Source: Candidatus Nanohalarchaeota archaeon (GTDB lineage: Archaea > EX4484-52 > B79-G9). From it: DNA of 26,048 nucleotides. Position 1 is the stretch's first letter, and each line of letters begins with the position of its first letter. Under the pieces are notes generated by a model. The model was given only the letters and a program-made list of their open reading frames with translations. It did no database searches and was not told the origin of the DNA. The stretch spans positions 1 to 26,048 of the forward strand of contig DAOVYR010000001.1 of the NCBI GenBank assembly GCA_030635525.1. Reading direction: 5' to 3'. Of this stretch, positions 1-8,585 are shown piece by piece. The position numbers and the translations under genes are program-made.

Positions 1-68
1 AAAATATATAAATCAACAACCCCAATATCATGTATAACATAACTTAACAACAAAAAAAGGTCTTAAAC

Positions 69-581
69 ATGCCAGCAGCAGAATCAACAGGTCCATCACC
101 CATAGAGATTATGCTCGGCAACATGAACCGCCTCGACTTTTTCGATTTTTTCTTAGTATGGATCCTCTTCTTTGCAATAATCTACGCAATCCTCAAAAAA
201 GCAGAATTCTCAGACGAACTATCAGTAAACGCAGTAATCGCCTTCGTAATGTCCTTCTTCATAATCAACTACACACCCGTTGGCATGACCTTAGGCACAT
301 TCTTCTCAACACTCTTCGGTCTCACCGCCGTAATAATCGCAGGACTTTTAGTAGGAATCCTGTTCTTAGGTATGGCCGGCATCAAGCTCGACGAAGTCCT
401 CGGCAAAGGCAACAAAACCGCCATAGCAGTCCTGTTAGGATTCCTTGCCATAATAACCTTCATAAGTGTCGGCGGCCTGAGCTTCTTCAACATAGAAAGC
501 GACATCGTAATAACACTATTCATGATTCTTTTAATGCTCTTTGCCGTAATGTTCATAGCAAAAGGCGAAGAAAGCAAATAA
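69..581 (+). CDS. Multi-pass membrane protein of unknown function (170 aa)
   Basis: ATG start and TAA stop. About 5-6 hydrophobic segments (FFDFFLVWILFFAIIYAILKK; VIAFVMSFFII; AVIIAGLLVGILFLG; IAVLLGFLAIITFI; IVITLFMILLMLFAVMFI). TATA-like aatatataaat at 3-13. Confidence 0.85.
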   Translation: MPAAESTGPSPIEIMLGNMNRLDFFDFFLVWILFFAIIYAILKKAEFSDELSVNAVIAFVMSFFIINYTPVGMTLGTFFSTLFGLTAVIIAGLLVGILFLGMAGIKLDEVLGKGNKTAIAVLLGFLAIITFISVGGLSFFNIESDIVITLFMILLMLFAVMFIAKGEESK

Positions 582-608
582 AAACCAGCAGAAATTTAGA
601 AAGTACCC

Positions 609-1688
609 TCAAACCCGCTCATCATCATCCGATTCATCAAAAACATCCGTATCTTCCACTTTATGAGAACCAGTCTTATTCTTGTCCTTTCCACTTATAC
701 CTGCACCTGTATGAGCGGACACTTCCTTATGAGCATCATCATCATCCCGCGAATCATGCTTGTCATCACCCAATGCATCACCAAAAATATCATCATGCTC
801 ATGCTTCTTACCCTTCTCCACATGCTCATCCTCAACTTTAGCATCCGGCGCATCAAACGTCCTTTCACCGCGCACGTGCCCTGCATCAACATCCCCCAGA
901 TGACCCGACACAAACTCCTTAACCTCCCTCACACTATCCACAAGATTAGGCACAATATCCTTAAACGCCCTCTCAAGCCCCGCAACCCTCGGTTCCATAT
1001 CAATAATCTTAGTAGAATTGTCCTTGATCCCCTCATGCGCAGACCCCATCTCCTTTCGCCTCGCATCCTCCTTCTCCTGCGAATCAGACTTAAACTCACC
1101 AATGATCTGCTGGATGCCCTTAATCTGGGCACCGATCTCCTTCATCTCTGATCTGAGTGAATTCACCCGCTCATTCACAACCGACTCAACAATCTCATAA
1201 ATATTCTCTCTCTCCTGATCACTGATCTTCGCCTGCTGCCCGGAACCGTCATCCTCGGGCATACTTATCCCCGCCGGCCTTCCTTCCCCCCCCATAGGAG
1301 ACATATTAGTAGAATCAGTAAAATCATGTGGCCTCTTCGAAAAATCCATTTCCTGCCTATCTGCACTCATCAGATCCTGATCCAGATACTGCTCCTGTGC
1401 AGACCCCATATCCATACCCTGCGCTCCGCCAAATGCCTGTCCCGGCGGCGGTCCCGCCATCGGCGGTGGCGCACCAGTAACCTCATTTCGCACAGACTCA
1501 TTCAGCGCATCATCAATCTCCTTAAAACTATACCCTTCATCCTTAAGAGAGCGAATAATATCAGACTCCGCAAGCCCCTTAGCACTAAGCTCATTAATCA
1601 CAATATGCGGATCCCGCCTGTCACCCTGTGCCTGCCCCGCTGCCTGCTTCTTCTTCTTTGTAAGCCGCCCAAACAACTTAAACTTCAT
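609..1688 (-). CDS. Cytoplasmic coiled-coil protein with a small N-terminal helical domain and an Asp/His-rich disordered tail (359 aa)
   Basis: Long ORF with no TM segment. N-terminal INELSAKGLAESDIIRSLKDEGYSFKEIDDAL, P/G/Q linker, heptad region (IVESVVNERVNSLRSEMKEIG...VAGLERAFKDIVPNLVDSVREVK). ATGA overlap with the upstream gene at 1685-1688. Confidence 0.85.
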   Translation of the reverse strand: MKFKLFGRLTKKKKQAAGQAQGDRRDPHIVINELSAKGLAESDIIRSLKDEGYSFKEIDDALNESVRNEVTGAPPPMAGPPPGQAFGGAQGMDMGSAQEQYLDQDLMSADRQEMDFSKRPHDFTDSTNMSPMGGEGRPAGISMPEDDGSGQQAKISDQERENIYEIVESVVNERVNSLRSEMKEIGAQIKGIQQIIGEFKSDSQEKEDARRKEMGSAHEGIKDNSTKIIDMEPRVAGLERAFKDIVPNLVDSVREVKEFVSGHLGDVDAGHVRGERTFDAPDAKVEDEHVEKGKKHEHDDIFGDALGDDKHDSRDDDDAHKEVSAHTGAGISGKDKNKTGSHKVEDTDVFDESDDDERV

Positions 1689-2053
1689 AGCCTCTCCTCA
1701 ATTAACTCTTCAACCTCTTTCCTGGTCACGAACTTCGTCGTAATCGGATTGATCAGATCAAGATAATTCTCAAGCTCCTTAAACTCCCTTCGCGGCACCA
1801 TCTCCTTGATCTCGCGGTGAATCTTATCAATATCAACCTCCATATTCGCAAGCCGGTCAAGTATCTGCTTAATCGTACATTTAGTAGACGTCTCATCATC
1901 AATAATCGTCTTCTTCTGCTTAATAGACTCCGTCTGCAGTGAATTCAACTGCTCCTTAAGATTCCTTATATTCTCCTCAAGCTCACGCACCCTCTTACTG
2001 TTATCATTTACACGACCGACAACATTATTCAGCATCACATTCATAGCAGGCAT
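1685..2053 (-). CDS. Small coiled-coil protein (about 122 aa; alternative GTG start at 2059)
   Basis: Continuous heptads (RVRELEENIRNLKEQLNSLQ...LANMEVDIDKIHREIKE) ending in VPRREFKELENYLDLINPITTKFVTRKEVEELI. TATA-like tract about 25-30 nt upstream. Translationally coupled to 609..1688. Confidence 0.85.
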   Translation of the reverse strand: MPAMNVMLNNVVGRVNDNSKRVRELEENIRNLKEQLNSLQTESIKQKKTIIDDETSTKCTIKQILDRLANMEVDIDKIHREIKEMVPRREFKELENYLDLINPITTKFVTRKEVEELIEERL

Positions 2054-2105
2054 ATACACTAATTATGTTCCGCCTAATATATATGTTTAATCATATCACC
2101 TGCCC

Positions 2106-2112
2106 AAAAAAA
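2106..2112 (-). terminator. Oligo-T archaeal terminator-like tract
   Basis: T7 on the minus strand immediately after the tandem TGA TGA stops at 2114-2119. Confidence 0.5.
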
Positions 2113-2116
2113 CTCA

Positions 2117-2380
2117 TCACCCGCACTCAGGATAATCATCCGCCATATAATCCGCACCAGTAGTACTCACAGCACCAACAAACAAATTAACCCTCCACTC
2201 AAGCGCCTCCATACCGACCGCACCAGACCCCTCACGGCACACAAGAGTAAAATCCACATCAGTATCATATATCAACCCGAAACTCAATCCGCAGCATGTC
2301 TCACAGATCTCTTCCTCCTCCTCTTCATCCACGTACCCCCATTCATCCGCAACAGGCACCTCATACTTCTCGCCGGACAC
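2117..2380 (-). CDS. C-terminal part of the family C pilin-like gene, separated from 2396..3427 by an in-frame TAG
   Basis: Same frame as the upstream ORF (CCT GAT TAG GGG GAG TAT TGT GTT GTG TCC). Y-x4-D-x4-C...LEWR matches Y-x4-D-x4-C...LDWR at the C-terminus of paralog 16336..17436. Ends in a double TGA plus T-tract. Confidence 0.7.
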   Translation of the reverse strand: MSGEKYEVPVADEWGYVDEEEEEEICETCCGLSFGLIYDTDVDFTLVCREGSGAVGMEALEWRVNLFVGAVSTTGADYMADDYPECG

Positions 2381-2395
2381 AACACAATACTCCCC

Positions 2396-3427
2396 CTAAT
2401 CAGGATCAACTTCACAATCCGGCCTTTCACAAACAGACTCACTTGACACCCCATTGCATATTTTAGCAGTACCCCTGACCGCGCACCTGTCCCTCAAACA
2501 ACTTGCGCACGACTCACTGCAGCACCCCTCCGACTCATAACTGCGCCTCTTTTCATTAACAATAACCGGCTCCCTTATAGAAATACACTTAATCACCGCA
2601 TCACAACTCACATTCTCTCCTCCAAAATACATTCCGTCATAAACCAAAGTCCTGACAGCTTCATCCACAGCACTTCTCACAACATACTTCATCCTCTCCT
2701 CCCAGCATGGAAAAATCATCTCTGCCACCGTATCGGCATCAGGACAATATGGTCCGCTGCACGAGCAGGACTCAAAACTCAACCCCAAAGGCAAAATCGC
2801 ACCATCATTCAGCTTCCTCTCAATATTCTTCCGGACAACATCATCCAAAACCCACTCCTTCAATATCTCATAATCATACCGGAAATGATTTACCCCCAAA
2901 TCCTTCTCAACCACCACATCCTCATTGCTCACAAAAGAACTCCCGTCACTCATCCTGACATTCAGCCCACTGCCTCTGGCAACAATCTCCTTCTTATCAT
3001 CAGAAAATTCAGTATTCACGCAATCCATCCTGCCCACACTCAAAAAGTCAACCACATCTCCTTCATCTTCAATCAAAGAAATATACGAATTCACAATATC
3101 CATAGTCTCATCATTAACCTCCGAAAGAACATCGGAAAAACCAGGCACCTGCGGGACAACACACTGCCAATACCTAACCTCATCATTATCCCATCCCCCT
3201 TTTACCGCAACAGCACCCAAAGCATGACTGCCCGAAAGTCCAAGAGCCATTTCCACGTAAGAAAGAACCTTATAAGACTCCTCATTCAGCCTCGAAAAAA
3301 CAAGAGTCTCAGTAGAACTGATCTTTTCACTAATACCCATATTAGCATTATACTGCATCCATATAAGACCTGCAATAGCAAGCCCTATAATTATAAAACC
3401 CATAACAGCTACACTTACACCCTTCAT
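2396..3427 (-). CDS. Class III signal peptide (type IV pilin-like) protein, family C, Cys-rich; amber-interrupted
   Basis: MKG|VSVAVMGFIIIGLAIAGLIWMQY. Shares AVKGG...RYW...P...VL with 16336..17436 (AIAGGG...RYW...APTEEEVL). Start moved from 3451 to the ATG before KG. Confidence 0.8.
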   Translation of the reverse strand: MKGVSVAVMGFIIIGLAIAGLIWMQYNANMGISEKISSTETLVFSRLNEESYKVLSYVEMALGLSGSHALGAVAVKGGWDNDEVRYWQCVVPQVPGFSDVLSEVNDETMDIVNSYISLIEDEGDVVDFLSVGRMDCVNTEFSDDKKEIVARGSGLNVRMSDGSSFVSNEDVVVEKDLGVNHFRYDYEILKEWVLDDVVRKNIERKLNDGAILPLGLSFESCSCSGPYCPDADTVAEMIFPCWEERMKYVVRSAVDEAVRTLVYDGMYFGGENVSCDAVIKCISIREPVIVNEKRRSYESEGCCSESCASCLRDRCAVRGTAKICNGVSSESVCERPDCEVDPD

Positions 3428-3451
3428 ATCAATCATCCATAGACTTCTCAT

Positions 3452-3970
3452 TCACCATACATACAGGTACGCAATCGCATTTTCCCTGCTGTCCGCTATC
3501 GGAACAACAACCCTGTGCACCATAACATCAACATCATCACTCGGCACACTATTGAGTTCAAACGACTTAACACCATCCCTCTCAACAAAAAAATAATAAT
3601 TATAGTCTGGCAAAGTCCGGTCAAGATACTGCCTGACAACATCCATCGCATCTACCCTGGCACCGCCCGCCTGATACATCCAATCACTGGATTCATCACC
3701 GAACCGCTGCGATTCACCAATAACCCCTGCAACCGTACTATGAGCGCCATCAACATAATACATATTCACAAGCGCAATCTCCGCATACTTATACTTCTGC
3801 TGCTTCGCAATCATCTTCGAAGATTCAATCTTCTGGTTCTGCGTAACAAAAAAGAAATACAAAAAAACCACCGAAACAAGCATAATCACAGCCATGATAT
3901 TCAGCATTGACTCCTGCCCCTTTCTTCTAAAGCTCCGCCCCCCGCACAAACACTTCATAAAAACACACAT
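3452..3970 (-). CDS. Class III signal peptide (type IV pilin-like) protein, family A, minimal form (about 172 aa)
   Basis: RRKG|QESMLNIMAVIMLVSVVFLYFFF. Ends AIAYLYVW. TGATG overlap with the upstream gene. Confidence 0.8.
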   Translation of the reverse strand: MCVFMKCLCGGRSFRRKGQESMLNIMAVIMLVSVVFLYFFFVTQNQKIESSKMIAKQQKYKYAEIALVNMYYVDGAHSTVAGVIGESQRFGDESSDWMYQAGGARVDAMDVVRQYLDRTLPDYNYYFFVERDGVKSFELNSVPSDDVDVMVHRVVVPIADSRENAIAYLYVW

Positions 3971-4731
3971 CAATTAACAACTCTCAACAGTTTCTTATCA
4001 TGATTATATTTAAAAACAATATACTGAAGCCCTGCCTCAATCTGCATGAACTCAATATTATTGAAACTCAAAACCTTGCAAAAATCACCCGCGTACGTCC
4101 TAAGGCAGATGCTCTTCCTGCCATCCGCATCAGCCATCACAACCGGATAATCCAGCCTGATAGTCATAGAAGCACTCACATGCTTATCCATCTCAGACCC
4201 TGTCCTATACACCTTCTCAACCATCCCGACAACAGAGTCAAGATCGCCCTGCCTTAAATTCAGATTAAGCTCCCCCGCATTTACAGAACCGTCTTCATAT
4301 TTAATCGCAACAGGCATAGTGATCCCGAATTCATGCTTTAATCCATACACCCCCGAATCCTCTGCCTCTCCAAGCCGCCACGAACTCTCGTTTGGCGAAT
4401 CAATATCCCTGACAGTCGCACTCCACCCCAGTCTCTCATCCCGCGTACAGGGCGCCTCATTATTAACAAAATCCTCATTAAGCGCATCAAGCATACGCGC
4501 ACTCACAAGATAAGGATATCTGGTAGAATCACATGAAATGCAATCTATAACCTCATCAAACACAGGAATCGCCTTTGACTTAAAATCATATTCCTCTGCT
4601 TCCTGGGCAATACTAACATTCACCTCCAGAGTCTTTATCACAAAAATCGCAAATATACTTATAAGTATGATTAACATTATCGGCTGCGTAAATATATTTA
4701 TCTGCCCCTTATTCTGTTGCTCCCTAATCAT
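3970..4731 (-). CDS. Class III signal peptide (type IV pilin-like) protein, family B (253 aa)
   Basis: MIREQQNKG|QINIFTQPIMLIILISIFAIFVI. Shares DCI, GW..VRD...W..G, MP[VI]AI, GDL..V.G and DYP with 18784..19554. Start moved from 4848 to 4731, giving an 8-nt overlap with the upstream gene. Confidence 0.85.
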   Translation of the reverse strand: MIREQQNKGQINIFTQPIMLIILISIFAIFVIKTLEVNVSIAQEAEEYDFKSKAIPVFDEVIDCISCDSTRYPYLVSARMLDALNEDFVNNEAPCTRDERLGWSATVRDIDSPNESSWRLGEAEDSGVYGLKHEFGITMPVAIKYEDGSVNAGELNLNLRQGDLDSVVGMVEKVYRTGSEMDKHVSASMTIRLDYPVVMADADGRKSICLRTYAGDFCKVLSFNNIEFMQIEAGLQYIVFKYNHDKKLLRVVN

Positions 4732-5221
4732 CACTGCCCTCACAATCCTTGCATTTAGGGTCGCACACATCAAACAATCTGCACCCTTTATCGCATACTT
4801 CATCATCAATATTACATATTCCCGGGCACGTACCCTCCTTGAGCTCAATAATGCCCGATGTTTTGCGTATGCATATTGCCTGTGAATTCTCTATATCCGC
4901 ATCCCTGACATCTTCCGAAAGAATAACAGACACCGCATCTCTCGTCGGGTATTTTATAGAAAGTCTCCGCTCATCAACAGTCAGCCTATATGTTCTGGCA
5001 GAGATATCATACAGATACTCAACATTATCATGTTTGGACAAATAAACCATGCTTATCTTCGACTTCAATTCACCTGCAAACTCCCTTTCAGATGTAGCGA
5101 ACACATTGCTTATCTGGTAAATCACAAGATTATAAAACGACGCAAAAAACAATATCGACGCAATTAAGCCTCCAATAAAAAGAACAGACTCCACAGTAAC
5201 AGACGCTCCCTTTCGCCTCAT
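4724..5221 (-). CDS. Class III signal peptide (type IV pilin-like) protein, family D, minimal form (165 aa)
   Basis: MRRKG|ASVTVESVLFIGGLIASILFF. Ends in Cys-rich CNIDDEVCDKGC...DVCDPKC, as in 19568..22060 and 22176..23135. Start moved from 5320. Confidence 0.85.
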   Translation of the reverse strand: MRRKGASVTVESVLFIGGLIASILFFASFYNLVIYQISNVFATSEREFAGELKSKISMVYLSKHDNVEYLYDISARTYRLTVDERRLSIKYPTRDAVSVILSEDVRDADIENSQAICIRKTSGIIELKEGTCPGICNIDDEVCDKGCRLFDVCDPKCKDCEGSDD

Positions 5222-5278
5222 CCTACAGTGCGCAACCATAACTAATTTATGTCCGTCCTGCAATATAAAGTTTGACAA

Positions 5279-5301
5279 GAAAATCAAAAATAAGCAAAAA
5301 A
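5279..5301 (-). terminator. T-rich terminator-like tract downstream of 5432..6901
   Basis: Minus strand TTTTTTGCTTATTTTTGATTTT. Confidence 0.35.
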
Positions 5302-5431
5302 GCGCACAACCACTATACAAACCAATTTATACATGTTTCAGATATATACTCGCTGTCGTGTCCTATATCTTAGGGATTGAGAGACAGGGGAACGGATTCA
5401 TTTTGTTTCTTCCCCCTACAGTCACTAAAAC

Positions 5432-6901
5432 CTAATAATAACTCCACTCAAAATACCCGTCACCGTCAAAATCATCGCATGTGCCCCTTGAAAGATCATA
5501 GCACAATCCCAGGCAGCACACCGCATTATCTATTGAGAGCACATCGCAATCCGCATTGCTCTTGCACGGGGGTAGAGGAATAGCATCTATATTTCCAAAA
5601 GAGAAACTCTCAGTAAAATCCTTTGTCGGCAGGCATCCCACTTCATCCGCGAAGTAATCTACCTGTACCTTCAACTCACTCATATCCGTTGCTGTGGTCT
5701 CGATAATGATCTCAGACGTCTCACCGCCAAAAAGACTCTGCGGCGCATAAAGTATTTCATATTCCGGCGCATTCAGGCTGACAGTATCAATATGCGCAAG
5801 CATATCGCCTGTGTTCTCGACCATCACGCGCAGGTAAAGCGGCGCACCCTCATACAAAGTAGGCTGATAATAAGATCTCTTTATCTCAATATCCGGTCCC
5901 CTCTCACCGAGAGCAGGGTCGACTTCAGTCAATGTCATAGAATGGCTTGCACCGAACATCGACATTTCAAAATACTCATAAATCCAGTTCATGTCACTGA
6001 AATGATTGCCTCCGGTTCCGCTAAATCCAATCCTTGGATTATTTTCTTCATTTCCATATATTAATGGTTTAAACGTAGGCAGATAATTATATGCAATAGA
6101 AGGAACAGCGAATTTATCACCCCAGTTTGTGGAAGATAGACTGTCAAAATACATCATGCATATGGGATTTGTATCTACCTGATAGACCGACTCATCTTCG
6201 CTTTCACTTTCATCTAAAGGCGTCATTTCATCCTGGCAGCAGAGGAGCGAAAGATAAGCACTCCATACTCCATAATTACTGTCGACAGGAGTGCGATATA
6301 CGACAATATCCTCCCTGTTTACAGCATCATTATCAACAACATAAGTATCTGGCAGTGTGTCGCTCATAGTCGGTCTGTAGTTATTAGGATAACTGTTTAC
6401 CTTATGCCATTCAATAAGGTCTGTCAACATGCTTTCCAATTCTGGACAACTCAACCACTGTATAGGCGGCGTATCTTCAGGTCCTCCTTTTGAGAACCAT
6501 TCACCCGATTTCGTATCTGCAAACGTATTCAACTCATCGCCCTTGCAGAATGTGTCTCCGTCTTTTAATACATAACCTCTGTCAACAATCTGGAGCGACG
6601 AATATAGATTAATTGCCGTGTGAGTAATAAAAGGACCGTAACAGACAGGGCAATAGGAACTGGTGGTTCCTTCTTTTCTACATCCGTGCCCATCAATAAT
6701 ATCCTCCTCCAGTTCACCTAGGCTGTATCTCACGATATCCAATGCCTCAACATTCTCGCTCACTGCAGTCAATGCTTCGGGGTCAGTGATATTAAGCCCC
6801 CTCGACTGGATATGATTCACATACCCGCTTGCCATTGACACAATCATAAAAAAGCATATCATTGCCATACCAATAATAATTGATTTTTTTGTAATTTTCA
6901 T
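5432..6901 (-). CDS. Secreted or surface protein with a C-terminal Ig-like (CARDB-type) domain and Cys/Asp-rich tip (489 aa)
   Basis: Sec-type N-terminus MKITKKSIIIGMAMICFFMIVSMASG. LYEGAPLYLRVMVENTGD...SLFGGETSEIII is typical of Ig-like beta-sandwiches. Ends CKSNADC...CCLGLC...CDDFDGDG. Confidence 0.7.
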   Translation of the reverse strand: MKITKKSIIIGMAMICFFMIVSMASGYVNHIQSRGLNITDPEALTAVSENVEALDIVRYSLGELEEDIIDGHGCRKEGTTSSYCPVCYGPFITHTAINLYSSLQIVDRGYVLKDGDTFCKGDELNTFADTKSGEWFSKGGPEDTPPIQWLSCPELESMLTDLIEWHKVNSYPNNYRPTMSDTLPDTYVVDNDAVNREDIVVYRTPVDSNYGVWSAYLSLLCCQDEMTPLDESESEDESVYQVDTNPICMMYFDSLSSTNWGDKFAVPSIAYNYLPTFKPLIYGNEENNPRIGFSGTGGNHFSDMNWIYEYFEMSMFGASHSMTLTEVDPALGERGPDIEIKRSYYQPTLYEGAPLYLRVMVENTGDMLAHIDTVSLNAPEYEILYAPQSLFGGETSEIIIETTATDMSELKVQVDYFADEVGCLPTKDFTESFSFGNIDAIPLPPCKSNADCDVLSIDNAVCCLGLCYDLSRGTCDDFDGDGYFEWSYY

Positions 6902-8535
6902 GAATCTTCCCCTCCTTCTTTTTTATTTCTGCGCGCCTGCACAAGCAAAAACGCAGCGATCAAAAAAGTTATAGAAAAAATCACGACTAATGCCCTGACT
7001 GAATTGAATGAACCCTCCCCGTCAGGTACTTTCGGCTCGACACCAGCGTCTCCGGCTGCAAGCGCAATTGAAGTTTCAGCTGACAGATCGTGATTCGTTT
7101 CTCTTGCGACAATCTTGTATGACCCTTCAGCACCATAAATCTTGATGCTTTCATAAAATGTGCCGTCAATATTCTGGTCTTTGACGCGATGGATGATATC
7201 TCCGTCAGGATTCATTATATAGGCAAGTATATTCCCTCTCAGGTTATTGTTCTCATCATCTTTGAATGTGACCGTATAACGGAGTGTATCACCCTGCTTG
7301 TACAGGGATTTATCAGTATCTACATTCAGGGTCTTCTCAGTATTTTTGAATTTGGAATAATCATATATCAGTGTAATCTCATCAGCCATATTATCATTCT
7401 TATCATAAAGGCGCATCTTCAATGTCAAATAATTCGCGCTCTCTTTTGGCACAAACTCCCAGTTGACACCCATCGGGTCAGCGCTGATTATCCTCGTGTC
7501 CATTACATCAGTATATATTGTATTTCCGCTCTTGTCCCTGATCTCTACAGTGCCATGACCTTCAAATGTGCTTGAGTGATCTGCCGTATTTGAGACGCAG
7601 GCAAATACAGTTGTCTTTTCACCTGTCTCAAGCGGGAATCTGTCAATGCCAAGATACCCGATACCTCCTTTGGAACCCCCTACAGCGAGTCTCATCTTGA
7701 GTATTGATTTCTCATCCGCGCTCGTGGCAACGAATTTAATCTCATATGCGCCTGTTTTAAGCGCAGGTAGATCATACATGATATCTTCCACACCATTTGC
7801 TTCAAGAACAATTATCTTTTCCAGAGAATATTCTGCAATAGGTCTTTCAGTAACATCATCCCAGTCATATACATTCATTTTCAGTGTGACTTGCTTCTTT
7901 GCAGTGCCCTCATTTACCAGCTTTGTCTTGATACTGAGCGGCGTCGATGCATCAAAAGACGGGGAATTGGTCCCGAATGTATATTTATTATCATTGATAG
8001 TTGTGGATTCTTTATCAAGATATATGCGCGACACAGCATCTGCATTTTTCACATTGAACGTAGTCATTTCTCCCGGCACCCCCGGCGGTCCGTATGGAAG
8101 CATGCTTATCCCTACAAGATTGAACTTTTCACCTACAATGAAATATGTTTTCACCGTATATTTTCCGCCCTTTGCACCGCTAGGTACTTTCCATTTGAAA
8201 TAGAACGGAATCTTATCATCCCTATAGAGGCTGATATCATCTTCTGAGATAAATTCATCAACCATGTGCTCTATATCCTCAGGGCCGTCATAGAATATCT
8301 GCACCCTCACTTTACCCTCGACAATAGGCGCATCCATGTGGCTCAAAAGATTATAAAAGACACGGACCTCGTCACCAGGGGCATAACTCACCTTCTCCGG
8401 ATGCAGGTCATTGAATTCAAGCCCGCTCTGGAACTTATAGTACTTGAAACAGTCAGCATTTTCACTTGCAGCAAAAGCATGACTCGGCATGCACAAAATC
8501 AAAGCCACCATAATTGATATAATTATCTTTTTCAT
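6898..8535 (-). CDS. Membrane-anchored cell-surface protein with multiple Ig-like/MG2-like beta domains (545 aa)
   Basis: RBS AGGTGAT 4 nt before ATG. Signal peptide MKKIIISIMVALILCMPSHAFA. Repeated EKVSYAPGDEVRV / DKSLYKQGDTLRY motif. C-terminal TM plus basic tail (VVIFSITFLIAAFLLVQARRNKK). Confidence 0.75.
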   Translation of the reverse strand: MKKIIISIMVALILCMPSHAFAASENADCFKYYKFQSGLEFNDLHPEKVSYAPGDEVRVFYNLLSHMDAPIVEGKVRVQIFYDGPEDIEHMVDEFISEDDISLYRDDKIPFYFKWKVPSGAKGGKYTVKTYFIVGEKFNLVGISMLPYGPPGVPGEMTTFNVKNADAVSRIYLDKESTTINDNKYTFGTNSPSFDASTPLSIKTKLVNEGTAKKQVTLKMNVYDWDDVTERPIAEYSLEKIIVLEANGVEDIMYDLPALKTGAYEIKFVATSADEKSILKMRLAVGGSKGGIGYLGIDRFPLETGEKTTVFACVSNTADHSSTFEGHGTVEIRDKSGNTIYTDVMDTRIISADPMGVNWEFVPKESANYLTLKMRLYDKNDNMADEITLIYDYSKFKNTEKTLNVDTDKSLYKQGDTLRYTVTFKDDENNNLRGNILAYIMNPDGDIIHRVKDQNIDGTFYESIKIYGAEGSYKIVARETNHDLSAETSIALAAGDAGVEPKVPDGEGSFNSVRALVVIFSITFLIAAFLLVQARRNKKEGGEDS

Positions 8536-8585
8536 TAACATCACCTTTTAGTTACTGTATAATATATTTTAACTTATATATAAAA

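Noticed and set aside
4732-4848. ORF-track N-terminal extensions (also 5222-5320, 10702-10776, 22061-22135, 23136-23183)
   Set aside because: They overlap upstream genes or promoter/terminator tracts, and they would place the prepilin cleavage site too far from the start.
5387-5415. Short inverted repeat ggggaa/ttcccc in the 5222-5431 gap
   Set aside because: Only 6 bp with a long unpaired spacer, which is expected by chance.
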